This document shows, piece after piece, positions 1 through 8,185 of a stretch of DNA of 25,656 bases; the stretch's first letter is position 1; each line of letters begins with the position of its first letter. The notes beneath the pieces are model-generated. The model was not told where the DNA came from, ran no database searches, and saw nothing but the letters and a program-made list of their open reading frames with translations. This stretch comes from a virus (taxonomy: Duplodnaviria > Caudoviricetes): positions 1 through 25,656 of IMG/VR virus record IMGVR_UViG_3300032039_000173. One strand, written 5' to 3'. A program made the translations under genes and the position numbers.

Positions 1-65
1 GTCTGCGCTCAGTTTCCACGCCAACGTTCGAAACTGATTCAGAGCATCCAGGAGGCTCTCACAGA

Positions 66-1475
66 ATGCCGCAATTGAATATATGCCCGCGGGCGCACAT
101 GCTGCAAGGGATGAAGCGCAATCCGTTTATGTCTTTCAAAATCGGCCTGGAGGAATTGTTTGATAATTCCTCGGATGCCGGAGCCACCAGTATCAGCGTG
201 GAATTGAAAGATGGTGACCTGATTATTTGGGACAACGGGCGCGGGCTTCAAAACCCTGAGGCATTGTTTGCCATCGGCGCACATGAGAGCTCCAGCGCGA
301 ATGACGACACCATCGGGCGGTATGGGGTGGGATTTAAGGATATGGCGCTATGGATCGCGAATGTGGTAAGCGTTGATTCCTGTAATGGTATACGGCGTTA
401 CAAGATCAGCGTAGATTGGCGGCTGGTAGATGACCGTTGGAAAACGGATTATTCCAATCTCCCGGCCAGACCGGGTGCTGCAACCTTTACGCGACTGGTC
501 TTCTCTGCGCTCGAGCCGAGGCGGGTCAGGTTTCCAGAAACCTTGCTGAGAAATCTGGCGTACGATTTTTCACCAGGGTTGCGGGACGGTCTGAAAATTA
601 CGATAAACGGTGTTGACCTTGCGCCGTGCGACCCACCTGTTCTTATGGAGGAACTTCGCCTAGATGATACTTTCGGGGGACGGCACTTCCGGTTGCTCGC
701 AGGCATTAAAGCCGATAACGCCCAGCCTGATCGCTTGGGTTATGACGTGGCATATAAGAACCGTCTGGTGCTGAGACGGGATACGGATCAAGCCTTCGGC
801 GATTACAGTTCTCAGCGGTTTTACGCTTATCTTGAGCTGCTCCGCGACGGGCAATTGGATTGGACCCTGGGCCGGAACAAACAATCCTTTGAGGAACGCG
901 AGGATCTCTATATTCACCTGTTCCCGGAAATTGAAGAACTGCTAAAGAAGGCTGATCAGTTAGGGCGAGACATCGAATTCAAGCATATGGAGGATCGCGC
1001 CTCTATCCGGCTTTCGACGGCAGTCACCAAGACCATAAAGGAAAAGCGAAAAAGCTCGGAGCGGCAAAGTCCAGCGGAGGATCCGGACGACCATGCCACC
1101 GATCCTAAGCGGAAACGCCGCCGGGCTTCCAAAACCGATCCAAAAGATGATGGCTCGGTGACTGCCGATCCCAATGGCGGCCGCATTCAAGTGAAACTCG
1201 ATTCGAACGATCCGGACAAAATCGGATGGGTGCAGGAGGGAACATCCTTCACCATCGTGCATCTGAACCCGCAGTTTCCATTCGATTTCAGAGACGAGCT
1301 TACATTGGTGATGACCGCAGCATCGCTCTATACGAATTACTGGGTTCACAAAGGCCGGTCGAATGACGACCAGATGCCTTTAGAGTTCATAGATTATTCG
1401 GAAGCCTACATCAAGGACTTGTCGGCCTTATTGCGGAATGTGGTTATCGAAGACAGGAAAAAAGCAGCGGCTTGA
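66..1475 (+). CDS. GHKL (MORC/HSP90-like) ATPase domain protein, 469 aa
   Basis: Bergerat-fold motifs EELFDNSSDAGA, DNGRG and IGRYGVGFK; GGAGG RBS upstream of ATG 66; central S5-like region; charged linker before the C-terminal domain. Confidence 0.85.
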   Translation: MPQLNICPRAHMLQGMKRNPFMSFKIGLEELFDNSSDAGATSISVELKDGDLIIWDNGRGLQNPEALFAIGAHESSSANDDTIGRYGVGFKDMALWIANVVSVDSCNGIRRYKISVDWRLVDDRWKTDYSNLPARPGAATFTRLVFSALEPRRVRFPETLLRNLAYDFSPGLRDGLKITINGVDLAPCDPPVLMEELRLDDTFGGRHFRLLAGIKADNAQPDRLGYDVAYKNRLVLRRDTDQAFGDYSSQRFYAYLELLRDGQLDWTLGRNKQSFEEREDLYIHLFPEIEELLKKADQLGRDIEFKHMEDRASIRLSTAVTKTIKEKRKSSERQSPAEDPDDHATDPKRKRRRASKTDPKDDGSVTADPNGGRIQVKLDSNDPDKIGWVQEGTSFTIVHLNPQFPFDFRDELTLVMTAASLYTNYWVHKGRSNDDQMPLEFIDYSEAYIKDLSALLRNVVIEDRKKAAA

Positions 1476-1515
1476 TCGCCGCGCTTCAGAGCAACCCATG
1501 AGCAGGACTTTATAA

Positions 1516-1692
1516 ATGACCCTCCCCCAAGCCCGCGTTACCCCCAAAGAGCGCTTCGCCCAGCTCATCTCCAACCTCGACCTCATCAAAGCCAATCTCC
1601 CCGACGACACCGACCGCATCGAACTCGACCTTTTCTTTTCCGACGGCGTCCGCGCCAAAGTCGAAATCCGCGGCCTGGAGCGTGAAGGATGA
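1516..1692 (+). CDS. hypothetical protein, 58 aa (MTLPQARVTPKERFAQLISNLDLIKANLPDD...), not in the ORF track
   Basis: Hand translation; AGGA upstream; stop overlaps the next start (ATGA at 1689-1692). Confidence 0.7.
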   Translation: MTLPQARVTPKERFAQLISNLDLIKANLPDDTDRIELDLFFSDGVRAKVEIRGLEREG

Positions 1693-2126
1693 AACCGCCT
1701 CTGCTCTCTGACCGTGATTTGTCTAGACAAATCACTCTAAAAGAATCCGACCTGGAGCGCCAGATCGCCGACTACCTCGCTCTTGATGGCTGGTACACCC
1801 GCCACTTCGAACTCAACTACAGCGAGCGCAAGCAGCGCTCCGTCGGCGAAAAAGGCATGCCCGACATGCTCTGCCTCCGCTATACCCGCGGTGCAAGCAC
1901 AAGCATCGCCTGGGCCAATATTCTCTGGATCGAATGCAAGCGCCCTGGCGGCCCCGTCTCGCGCTGGCAGCGGGAATGGAAGGAGCGCGAACGCCGCCGC
2001 GGCGCCACGGTCCTGCTCATGGGCATCGATTTTGAGCCATCCATCGATGGCTTCGTTGAATGGTACGAAAAGAGCGGACTCCAGGTGCGTGACCTGCAGC
2101 TAGGCGGCCGGCGGAAGACGGCGTGA
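1689..2126 (+). CDS. VRR-NUC (PD-(D/E)xK) nuclease / resolvase-like protein
   Basis: Pattern E-SDLERQIADYL...GMPDML...WIECKRPGG...Q..W. Confidence 0.85.
   Translation: MKPPLLSDRDLSRQITLKESDLERQIADYLALDGWYTRHFELNYSERKQRSVGEKGMPDMLCLRYTRGASTSIAWANILWIECKRPGGPVSRWQREWKERERRRGATVLLMGIDFEPSIDGFVEWYEKSGLQVRDLQLGGRRKTA
1714..1735. repeat. perfect 22-bp palindrome GTGATTTGTCTAGACAAATCAC
   Basis: Equals its own reverse complement; AT-rich within C-rich coding sequence. Confidence 0.9.
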
Positions 2127-2135
2127 AGGGAGCGG

Positions 2136-3089
2136 ATGAGGTTGCGTTATTACCCTATGTATCCCCGGGATTTCGACATGGACGAAAAGGTCAAGCTGAT
2201 GGATTTAAGTTCCATCGGACTGTACATCATGTGCCTCAATCATGCCTGGATGAACGACGGCTTGCCGCAGGAATGGAGCAAGATCCGAACAATCTTTGGA
2301 CCAGTTCGCGGCAACGAACGAGCATATAAGTGGCATCAGATCGAACAAGAATTTGTCAAGCAATGGTCGCTTGTTGAACCTTGTTTTCCTGTTGCCGAGG
2401 ACGGTCGCCGCCGCAACCCGCGCCAGGAAGTAGAACGCAATAAAGCAGTTAAGGCTTATGAAGCAAAAGTGAAAGCCGCCAATTCACGATGGAAACGCAA
2501 TGCGTCCGCAGATGCAGATGCAGATGCAGATGCAGATGCAGATGCAATGCACGCGCATATGCATATGCAGTCATATACAGAACAGAATAGTAAAGAGCGC
2601 CGTTTTTCTTCGTCTGAAAGTATTTCTACAGAGCAAGTTTTTACCTCCGACGACGACCGCGCGCGCGAACAGCCGCCGTCGTCGCCGTCGCCGAACGGAA
2701 ACGCAGCTTCGCAAAGCTACCCACTCACCGCCCGCGCCATCCGCGAATCCTACCCAGCCACCGATGCTCGCTTCCTAACCGAACTGGTTCGAACCGCCGC
2801 CGTCGCGGCCGCCGACATCCCGCAACCCTCCGCTCTCGAGTTCTCCGACAAACTGCTCGCTGACGCCGTCCGCCGCTGCCGCAACGATTCCCCCACCCAA
2901 CGTAGTGTTCGCCTCTTCCTCACCACCGTCCCGCGCTGTATTTCCTCCTGGATCGAATACGGCCAGGAACAACCGCCGCCCAAACGCACCAAAAGCGACG
3001 TCATGCTCGATGAAATTGTCGAAGACATGCGCACCAAACGTCTGGCCAAAGAAGAAAAAACCAAACTTGCGAAAGGAGCCAACTCGTGA
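2136..3089 (+). CDS. phage replication initiator, DUF1376/YdaU-like N-terminus
   Basis: YYPMYPRDF...GLYIMCLNHAW...GLP N-terminus, RRRNPR..ER helix, then a low-complexity repeat linker. Confidence 0.75.
   Translation: MRLRYYPMYPRDFDMDEKVKLMDLSSIGLYIMCLNHAWMNDGLPQEWSKIRTIFGPVRGNERAYKWHQIEQEFVKQWSLVEPCFPVAEDGRRRNPRQEVERNKAVKAYEAKVKAANSRWKRNASADADADADADADAMHAHMHMQSYTEQNSKERRFSSSESISTEQVFTSDDDRAREQPPSSPSPNGNAASQSYPLTARAIRESYPATDARFLTELVRTAAVAAADIPQPSALEFSDKLLADAVRRCRNDSPTQRSVRLFLTTVPRCISSWIEYGQEQPPPKRTKSDVMLDEIVEDMRTKRLAKEEKTKLAKGANS
2508..2546 (+). repeat. (GCAGAT)x6.5 tandem repeat inside the initiator gene; candidate origin iterons
   Basis: Six exact GCAGAT units plus GCA, followed by GCATAT variants and an AT-rich tract (~2572-2644). 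Confidence 0.85.
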
Positions 3090-3544
3090 TTGACGAATCG
3101 ACCGCTCGCGAACAGTTCAACCGCCTGTCGGAATATGACGGCTTCCATGCGCTCAAGCGTGAAGCTGTGCAGGATATGCTCTACGCCATCGAGGTGGCGG
3201 ATACGGCCGCCATCGCACGCCTCGTCATCGACGAAATCAAGGCTGAATCAACGGAGCTGCCGCTTTCGGCCCACATCCGCCGCCGCATGTACGAAGAAAA
3301 CGAGCGCAACACGCCTGATCCGGTGCTCGAGGAACACGAACGCTGGAAAGCGGAAGCCGCCGCCGACGTCGCTCCGCTCGAGCGCATGCAGGCCGGCACG
3401 GGCGTGTGGAAGAAAGGCGCGCATCCGCAGCTCGACCGGCACATCGAGTTGCTCAATGTGCGGGTGAAACAAGGCGAGCGGATGCCGCCGGCGTTAGCGA
3501 CGGAATTACGGGGTTTGACGAACCGGCTGCGGAGGGCTGGCTGA
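3086..3544 (+). CDS. hypothetical protein, 152 aa (position of a helicase loader/replication accessory gene)
   Basis: GTGA overlap with the initiator stop; AAAGGAG RBS. Confidence 0.7.
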   Translation: MIDESTAREQFNRLSEYDGFHALKREAVQDMLYAIEVADTAAIARLVIDEIKAESTELPLSAHIRRRMYEENERNTPDPVLEEHERWKAEAAADVAPLERMQAGTGVWKKGAHPQLDRHIELLNVRVKQGERMPPALATELRGLTNRLRRAG

Positions 3545-3546
3545 TA

Positions 3547-4047
3547 GTGATTCGCTCGGTTACACGTCCAAAAAGATCGCCGCACCCGAAAGGCATGAAA
3601 GCCGTAGTGTTAGCGCGCTACGAAGAGGCCGGACGTGTCGATGTCGCTTGCGAGAGGGCGGGCATTAGCCGCAGAACCCACTACGTTTGGCTGGAAACCG
3701 ATCCGGACTATCGAACGCAGTTTGAGCGCAGCCGGAAACGCATCGTGCAACTGCTCGAAGACGAAGCCACGCGCCGCGCTGTTGAAGGCGTCGAGAAGCC
3801 GGTTAGCGTCAACGGCAAACTGAAAACCATCCGCGAGTACTCCGATACGCTGCTGATCTTCCTGCTCAAAGGCGCAGCACCCGAAAAGTACCGCGAACGT
3901 TACGAGCATGCCATCAGCGGTCCCAATGGCGATCCGATCCAGGTGGAGCACCGAGCCTATGACATTTTCCGTGGCCGAATCCTTAGCGCGTCTGCCCGTC
4001 TTGGAGCGCGACAGGATTCTGACAACGATAAAGCCGAAGCAAGCTGA
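3547..4047 (+). CDS. terS: terminase small subunit (alternative start ATG 3595)
   Basis: HTH ACERAGISRRTHYVW; LEDEATRRAVEGVEKPV...YSDTLLIFLLKG..PEKYRER; directly upstream of TerL. Confidence 0.8.
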   Translation: MIRSVTRPKRSPHPKGMKAVVLARYEEAGRVDVACERAGISRRTHYVWLETDPDYRTQFERSRKRIVQLLEDEATRRAVEGVEKPVSVNGKLKTIREYSDTLLIFLLKGAAPEKYRERYEHAISGPNGDPIQVEHRAYDIFRGRILSASARLGARQDSDNDKAEAS

Positions 4048-5314
4048 AGAGCTGCTCTACGACTGGCGCTTCTGGGCCCGGCCCGCACAGCTTCCGCCTG
4101 GTAGCGATGGCGCCGCGGATTCGCGCAAAGACTGGCGCATTTGGGCTGTGCTCGCTGGCCGCGGCTTCGGCAAAACGCGCATGGGTGGAGAGACCGTGCG
4201 CCAGTGGGTGGAGCAAGGCGCTAAGCGCATTCACCTGGTGGGACCGACCGCGGCTGACGTGCGCAACGTGATGGTGTTGGGCGAATCCGGCTTGCTGAAT
4301 TGCTTCCCGCGGGAGCAGCGGCCAGAGTACGAACCATCGAAGCGCTTGATCAAATTCCACACTGGCGCTATTGCGGAACTGTTCTCAGCCGATGAACCTG
4401 AGCGGTTGCGCGGCCCGCAGTGCTCGCATTTCGCCTGTGACGAACTCGCGGCCTGGCGCTACCTGCGTGAAGCTTGGGACAATCTGCAATTCGGCTGGCG
4501 TTTAGGCGACGATCCGCGCGGCATCATCACCACCACCCCCAAACCACTGCCAATCTTGAAAGAAATCTTGAGCGAGCCGCACACCGTCGTCACGCGTGCG
4601 ACCACTTACGACAACCGCGCCAACCTCTCCGGCGCCTTCTTCGATTCGATCATCAAGCGCTACGAAGGCACGCGCCTGGGCCGCCAGGAACTGTTAGCCG
4701 AAATTCTCGAGGATCATCCCGGCGCCTTGTGGACGCAAGCCTTGATCGATGCGGCGCGCATCAGCTCCCACGATGTGGATTACTCAGCCATTATCCGCAT
4801 GGTGGTGGCGATCGATCCGGCCGTGTCGCACGACGAAGAATCGTCCGAAACCGGCATCGTCGTTGCGGCACTGACTCGCGCGAATCACATCGTGGTACTC
4901 GATGACTTGAGCTGCCGGGAAACGCCGTTAGGCTGGGCGCGCATTGCGGTGACGGCGTATCAGACCAAACGTGCAGACCGGATCATCGGCGAAATCAACA
5001 ACGGCGGCGACCTGGTGGAAGCGAATATCCGGGCCGTTGCGCCGGAGGTGGCGTTCCGCTCAGTACGCGCTTCCCGCGGCAAGGCGCTGCGAGCCGAGCC
5101 AGTGGCGGCGCTCTACGAGCAGGGCCGGGTGCATCACGTTGGCCGGCTGCCCGAGCTCGAGCAGCAGATGTGCGAGTGGGCGCCGGATGCGGGGATGCGG
5201 TCGCCCGACCGGATGGATGCGCTGGTATGGGCGGTAACGGATTTGGTAGTAGAGCCGGAGCAGCGGACGGTGGCGATGCAGTGGTCACAGCCGGTGGTGA
5301 TTTCGAGGTATTGA
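3959..5314 (+). CDS. terL: terminase large subunit
   Basis: Walker A AGRGFGKT, Walker B FACDE, motif III ITTTP, nuclease VAIDPA...SPDRMDALVWA. Confidence 0.95.
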   Translation: MTFSVAESLARLPVLERDRILTTIKPKQAEELLYDWRFWARPAQLPPGSDGAADSRKDWRIWAVLAGRGFGKTRMGGETVRQWVEQGAKRIHLVGPTAADVRNVMVLGESGLLNCFPREQRPEYEPSKRLIKFHTGAIAELFSADEPERLRGPQCSHFACDELAAWRYLREAWDNLQFGWRLGDDPRGIITTTPKPLPILKEILSEPHTVVTRATTYDNRANLSGAFFDSIIKRYEGTRLGRQELLAEILEDHPGALWTQALIDAARISSHDVDYSAIIRMVVAIDPAVSHDEESSETGIVVAALTRANHIVVLDDLSCRETPLGWARIAVTAYQTKRADRIIGEINNGGDLVEANIRAVAPEVAFRSVRASRGKALRAEPVAALYEQGRVHHVGRLPELEQQMCEWAPDAGMRSPDRMDALVWAVTDLVVEPEQRTVAMQWSQPVVISRY

Positions 5315-5330
5315 CAGACAGGAGACGAAC

Positions 5331-5666
5331 ATGGAAGCAACAACACGCGCGCAGAACGTGGTAGCCATTGCCCAGTGGTATGGCATCGCGAAGATGTTCC
5401 CCCAAAAGCACCCCCTAGAGTTGGACGAGATCAGTGCGTACACCACGCGCTATGGTGCCACACCGGATGGACCCGATTCCGCGCCGTGGTGCTATCAGCA
5501 GGACCCCGAGAATGTGACGCCGCAGAACTGGCAGCCACCGCTTACCGTGCTGGTGGGTTCCTACTTCGATCCGCGAACGGGGCTGGTGAACAAGTACGGA
5601 TCAGATCCGACGAACGATCTCGACCCCACGTCGCCGGCGTTCGTGGAGCCGCCAGCAATTCCGTAA
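5331..5666 (+). CDS. hypothetical protein, 111 aa, Pro-rich
   Basis: AGGAG RBS; fills the gap after terL. Confidence 0.7.
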   Translation: MEATTRAQNVVAIAQWYGIAKMFPQKHPLELDEISAYTTRYGATPDGPDSAPWCYQQDPENVTPQNWQPPLTVLVGSYFDPRTGLVNKYGSDPTNDLDPTSPAFVEPPAIP

Positions 5667-5701
5667 TGAGGGGGGTGAGGCCTTACAAGTAAATCCAACA
5701 T

Positions 5702-5748
5702 AGCTGCGGCGGCCGGACTGTGGTCCGAAATTCGCGGCTGCCGCAGTT
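5702..5748. other. GC-rich stem-loop in an intergenic region
   Basis: CTGCGGCGGCCG (5704-5715) pairs with CGGCTGCCGCAG (5735-5746), one G-U pair. Confidence 0.55.
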
Positions 5749-5838
5749 CAACAGGCAACGCCCGCCAGAATGCCATTTGGTGGCCCGCAGACGCGCCAGG
5801 ACGCGCCGGAAGGGGGTTGCCGGTACCCGAGGCAGGGG

Positions 5839-5894
5839 TGCCGACAAGCACACAAGTTGGCATGTGTGCAATAAAACTTGCAAACATGTTAGCA
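5839..5894. promoter_or_regulatory. operator array: seven in-phase 8-bp boxes, six matching WGYNNRCW
   Basis: TGCCGACA AGCACACA AGTTGGCA TGTGTGCA ATAAAACT TGCAAACA TGTTAGCA. Confidence 0.7.
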
Positions 5895-5906
5895 TCGTGC
5901 TACACT
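5878..5906 (+). promoter_or_regulatory. sigma70-type promoter
   Basis: TTGCAA-17 nt-TACACT with extended TGn; GAGGAG RBS and ATG 5927 downstream. Confidence 0.75.
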
Positions 5907-5926
5907 ATTGCTTGATGAGGAGTAAT

Positions 5927-6547
5927 ATGAAAAGATTGAACAAAGGTATACCGGCAGCCGTACTTATGAATAGCGGCTATCATAGCAATGCGCTTGCAGG
6001 CGAGTTTGACGCCATACTAAATAGTTGGCGTAAAGCGGTAACGCCATTTAGCCAGCCTAAAAGACTGGTGTCAGGGCGGTACGAGGACGGCCACTGGGTC
6101 GAACTCCGCCTGGTTTGGAGCGAAGCCAATGGTCGTTACAAGATCGATCCCAACGCATACGAAGCCAAGGGGCGCAATGCCACGATGGCTGCCGCCAAGA
6201 TGAGGCTCCAGGATGCCATGGATGCTACGCCGGCCGAATTGCAGCCGGGCTTTGAAGCTGTCATCGATCTGTTCGATGGCGGCTACGACTGGGACTGGAA
6301 ACTGAAGGAAACCGAACCAATGACCTACACAGCAGAAGTAATCGTGGACACCGACAGCAACATTCAGCCTGTTGTCTCCTCTATCGATTCAAACCCCGAA
6401 GTTACGGGTATCTTCGCAATCGATCCGCAAGTGATCGAATTCGAGTTTGCTGGAGCCGATATCGACGCTTTTGAGGCAGGGATGGAAGCAGACCCGATGG
6501 TCGTTTGGTATCGGCAGGGCAAGCGTAGCGAATGGGAAACGAAATGA
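5927..6547 (+). CDS. hypothetical protein, 206 aa, acidic C-terminal domain; possible internal start at 6320
   Basis: GAGGAG RBS favours ATG 5927 over the track's 5720 start. Confidence 0.75.
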   Translation: MKRLNKGIPAAVLMNSGYHSNALAGEFDAILNSWRKAVTPFSQPKRLVSGRYEDGHWVELRLVWSEANGRYKIDPNAYEAKGRNATMAAAKMRLQDAMDATPAELQPGFEAVIDLFDGGYDWDWKLKETEPMTYTAEVIVDTDSNIQPVVSSIDSNPEVTGIFAIDPQVIEFEFAGADIDAFEAGMEADPMVVWYRQGKRSEWETK

Positions 6548-6747
6548 ATATTGACGAACGCTTAGAGTTTTTATTGCAGTCCACGGAGAGCCTGCACAGC
6601 AGTTTGGAGGAACTTTCAACTCAACAACACCTTTGGATTGAGCGGCAAAAGGCACAAGAGGAAAAAGAAGCCCGTTTGCGCCGCGCCATGCTTCAGGGCA
6701 TCCGCACGTTCCTGGAAGGGCTCAATGGCGACGGGGAGCAGCAATGA
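6544..6747 (+). CDS. small coiled-coil protein (MNIDERLEFLLQSTESLH...)
   Basis: ATGA overlaps at both ends; heptad pattern. Confidence 0.75.
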   Translation: MNIDERLEFLLQSTESLHSSLEELSTQQHLWIERQKAQEEKEARLRRAMLQGIRTFLEGLNGDGEQQ

Positions 6748-6983
6748 ACATCGAATTGTGGAAGCTGCTCCTCTCAGGAGGCGTTCTGTTGATTACGGCG
6801 GTGACCGGCCCTATTGTCATCGCTATGCGCGCCGAAGCCAAAGCCATTCGAGCGGAGATGGGGGCTTTGCGAGTTGAACTGAAAGGCGAAATAGAGCTTG
6901 CGCGCGTGGAGTTGAAGGGCGAAATCGCGAAAACCGAAGGCCGCCTCAACGAACGCATTAGCACTAGGCTGGTGCACCGATGA
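6744..6983 (+). CDS. N-terminal membrane anchor plus coiled-coil protein
   Basis: Hydrophobic LLLSGGVLLITAVTGPIVIAM; RVELKGEI repeated twice; GGGGAG RBS. Confidence 0.75.
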   Translation: MNIELWKLLLSGGVLLITAVTGPIVIAMRAEAKAIRAEMGALRVELKGEIELARVELKGEIAKTEGRLNERISTRLVHR

Positions 6984-7141
6984 CCGCTGCACCCGAGAAA
7001 ACCGTGATGCTCCGTGGTGTCGATCGCGAGCTCTGGGATGCCGTGCGCGACCAGGCCAAGCGCGATGGGATGTATCTCAAGGCGTGGATCGAGCGGGCGT
7101 TACGGCGCGAGCTGGCGCGGGCCAAGAAGGTGGAGGAATAA
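6980..7141 (+). CDS. ribbon-helix-helix (Arc/CopG/MetJ-like) DNA-binding protein, 53 aa, not in the ORF track
   Basis: MTAAPEKTVMLRGVDRELWDAVRDQAKRDGMYLKAWIERALRRELARAKKVEE: beta strand, helix A, G turn, helix B; ATGA overlap. Confidence 0.8.
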   Translation: MTAAPEKTVMLRGVDRELWDAVRDQAKRDGMYLKAWIERALRRELARAKKVEE

Positions 7142-7145
7142 TCGG

Positions 7146-7346
7146 ATGGATCAGTTTGAACAGCAAGAATTCTGGCAAGGACTCAACCGGTTGTATTTGG
7201 CAACGCAGAACTTGGTGGCCGCTACGGAGGCTCTGCGGGCCACCGCGGAGAAGCACGAGTCGCGGCTGGACAAATTGGAAGTCGTTCAGCAGTGGCTGGC
7301 CGAACGGGAGCGGGCGCGAGAGAAGCGCGAACAGGAGGAGAAATGA
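7146..7346 (+). CDS. small coiled-coil protein, 66 aa (MDQFEQQEFWQGLNRLY...)
   Basis: GGAGGA RBS before ATG 7146; ATGA overlap with the next gene. Confidence 0.75.
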   Translation: MDQFEQQEFWQGLNRLYLATQNLVAATEALRATAEKHESRLDKLEVVQQWLAERERAREKREQEEK

Positions 7347-7615
7347 ACACCGTGCCGAAGCCCGACCGGCTGATGACCTTCGACGAATTTAGCACCGAAA
7401 CGCAAACTGGCCTGCGCAATTGGGCCATCGCGGAACACGGCGATGGCTTGCTCTTCGAGTCCATCGGAAGCGTTCCAGCGGAATGGGCGTGGATCTATTT
7501 TCAGCTATCGGTCGCCGAGGATCGCACGGAATGGTTTCCGAAGGGTAAATGGGCCACCTTGCAATTTCTGGGACAGCGCTTGCAAGAACAAGCCAAGTTG
7601 AGCCGCACGCTATAA
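7343..7615 (+). CDS. hypothetical protein, 90 aa, Trp-rich
   Basis: AGGAGGAG RBS before ATG 7343. Confidence 0.75.
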   Translation: MNTVPKPDRLMTFDEFSTETQTGLRNWAIAEHGDGLLFESIGSVPAEWAWIYFQLSVAEDRTEWFPKGKWATLQFLGQRLQEQAKLSRTL

Positions 7616-7638
7616 CCCCGACGCGAAGGGGATTTTTT
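7616..7638 (+). terminator. possible weak intrinsic terminator
   Basis: CCCC-8 nt-GGGG then ATTTTTT right after the stop; the stem is short. Confidence 0.35.
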
Positions 7639-7657
7639 AGAAAGAGAGAGAAAGAAA

Positions 7658-8185
7658 GTGAAGTTAGCAGTTGCAGGATTGTTGGCTCTGTCCGCTATGT
7701 ACGGACAGCAGACCAATGACAAATGGATCAAAGATCACGATTCGGAGTGGAGTTACAACTCTCAGACTGATCTCATGGGCCGGCAGGAGTTGATGGCGGA
7801 GACGCTCTCGACTAACGAGGTCTCGTTCAATTTTCCCTACGAAGGCCCGCAGCGAGCGCATCTGACGGTCCGTGTGAGAGGTAAGCAAGCTGAAGTGCTG
7901 TTTGCGTTGCCCAAGGGCCAGTTCACCTGCACACGCGATATTGAGAACAACTGCATCATCGCGGCGCACTTTGACAACGACAGCAAGATCCGTTACTTTG
8001 CCGTCGCGCATGGAACGGATTTGAGCAACAATGTATGGTTTATCATGAACACCCGCGTCAAGATCTATGGCATCGCGAGCTTCTACGACTGCATCCGCAA
8101 GGCGAAGACCGTTAGCATTGAGGCGAGCGTGTATCAAGAGGGAAGCCGCATTTTTCAGTTCAACCTCGCTGACTTGAGATTATGA
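7658..8185 (+). CDS. exported/periplasmic protein, 175 aa
   Basis: Sec signal peptide MKLAVAGLLALSAMYG; beta-rich mature region. Confidence 0.7.
   Translation: MKLAVAGLLALSAMYGQQTNDKWIKDHDSEWSYNSQTDLMGRQELMAETLSTNEVSFNFPYEGPQRAHLTVRVRGKQAEVLFALPKGQFTCTRDIENNCIIAAHFDNDSKIRYFAVAHGTDLSNNVWFIMNTRVKIYGIASFYDCIRKAKTVSIEASVYQEGSRIFQFNLADLRL

Noticed and set aside
2500-2778. MQMQMQ ORF
   Set aside because: Alternative-frame reading of the GCAGAT repeat inside the initiator gene
5700-5750. Hammerhead ribozyme (GGAC-TGTG-GTCC-GAAA resembles stem II plus GAAA)
   Set aside because: No CUGANGA core precedes the stem
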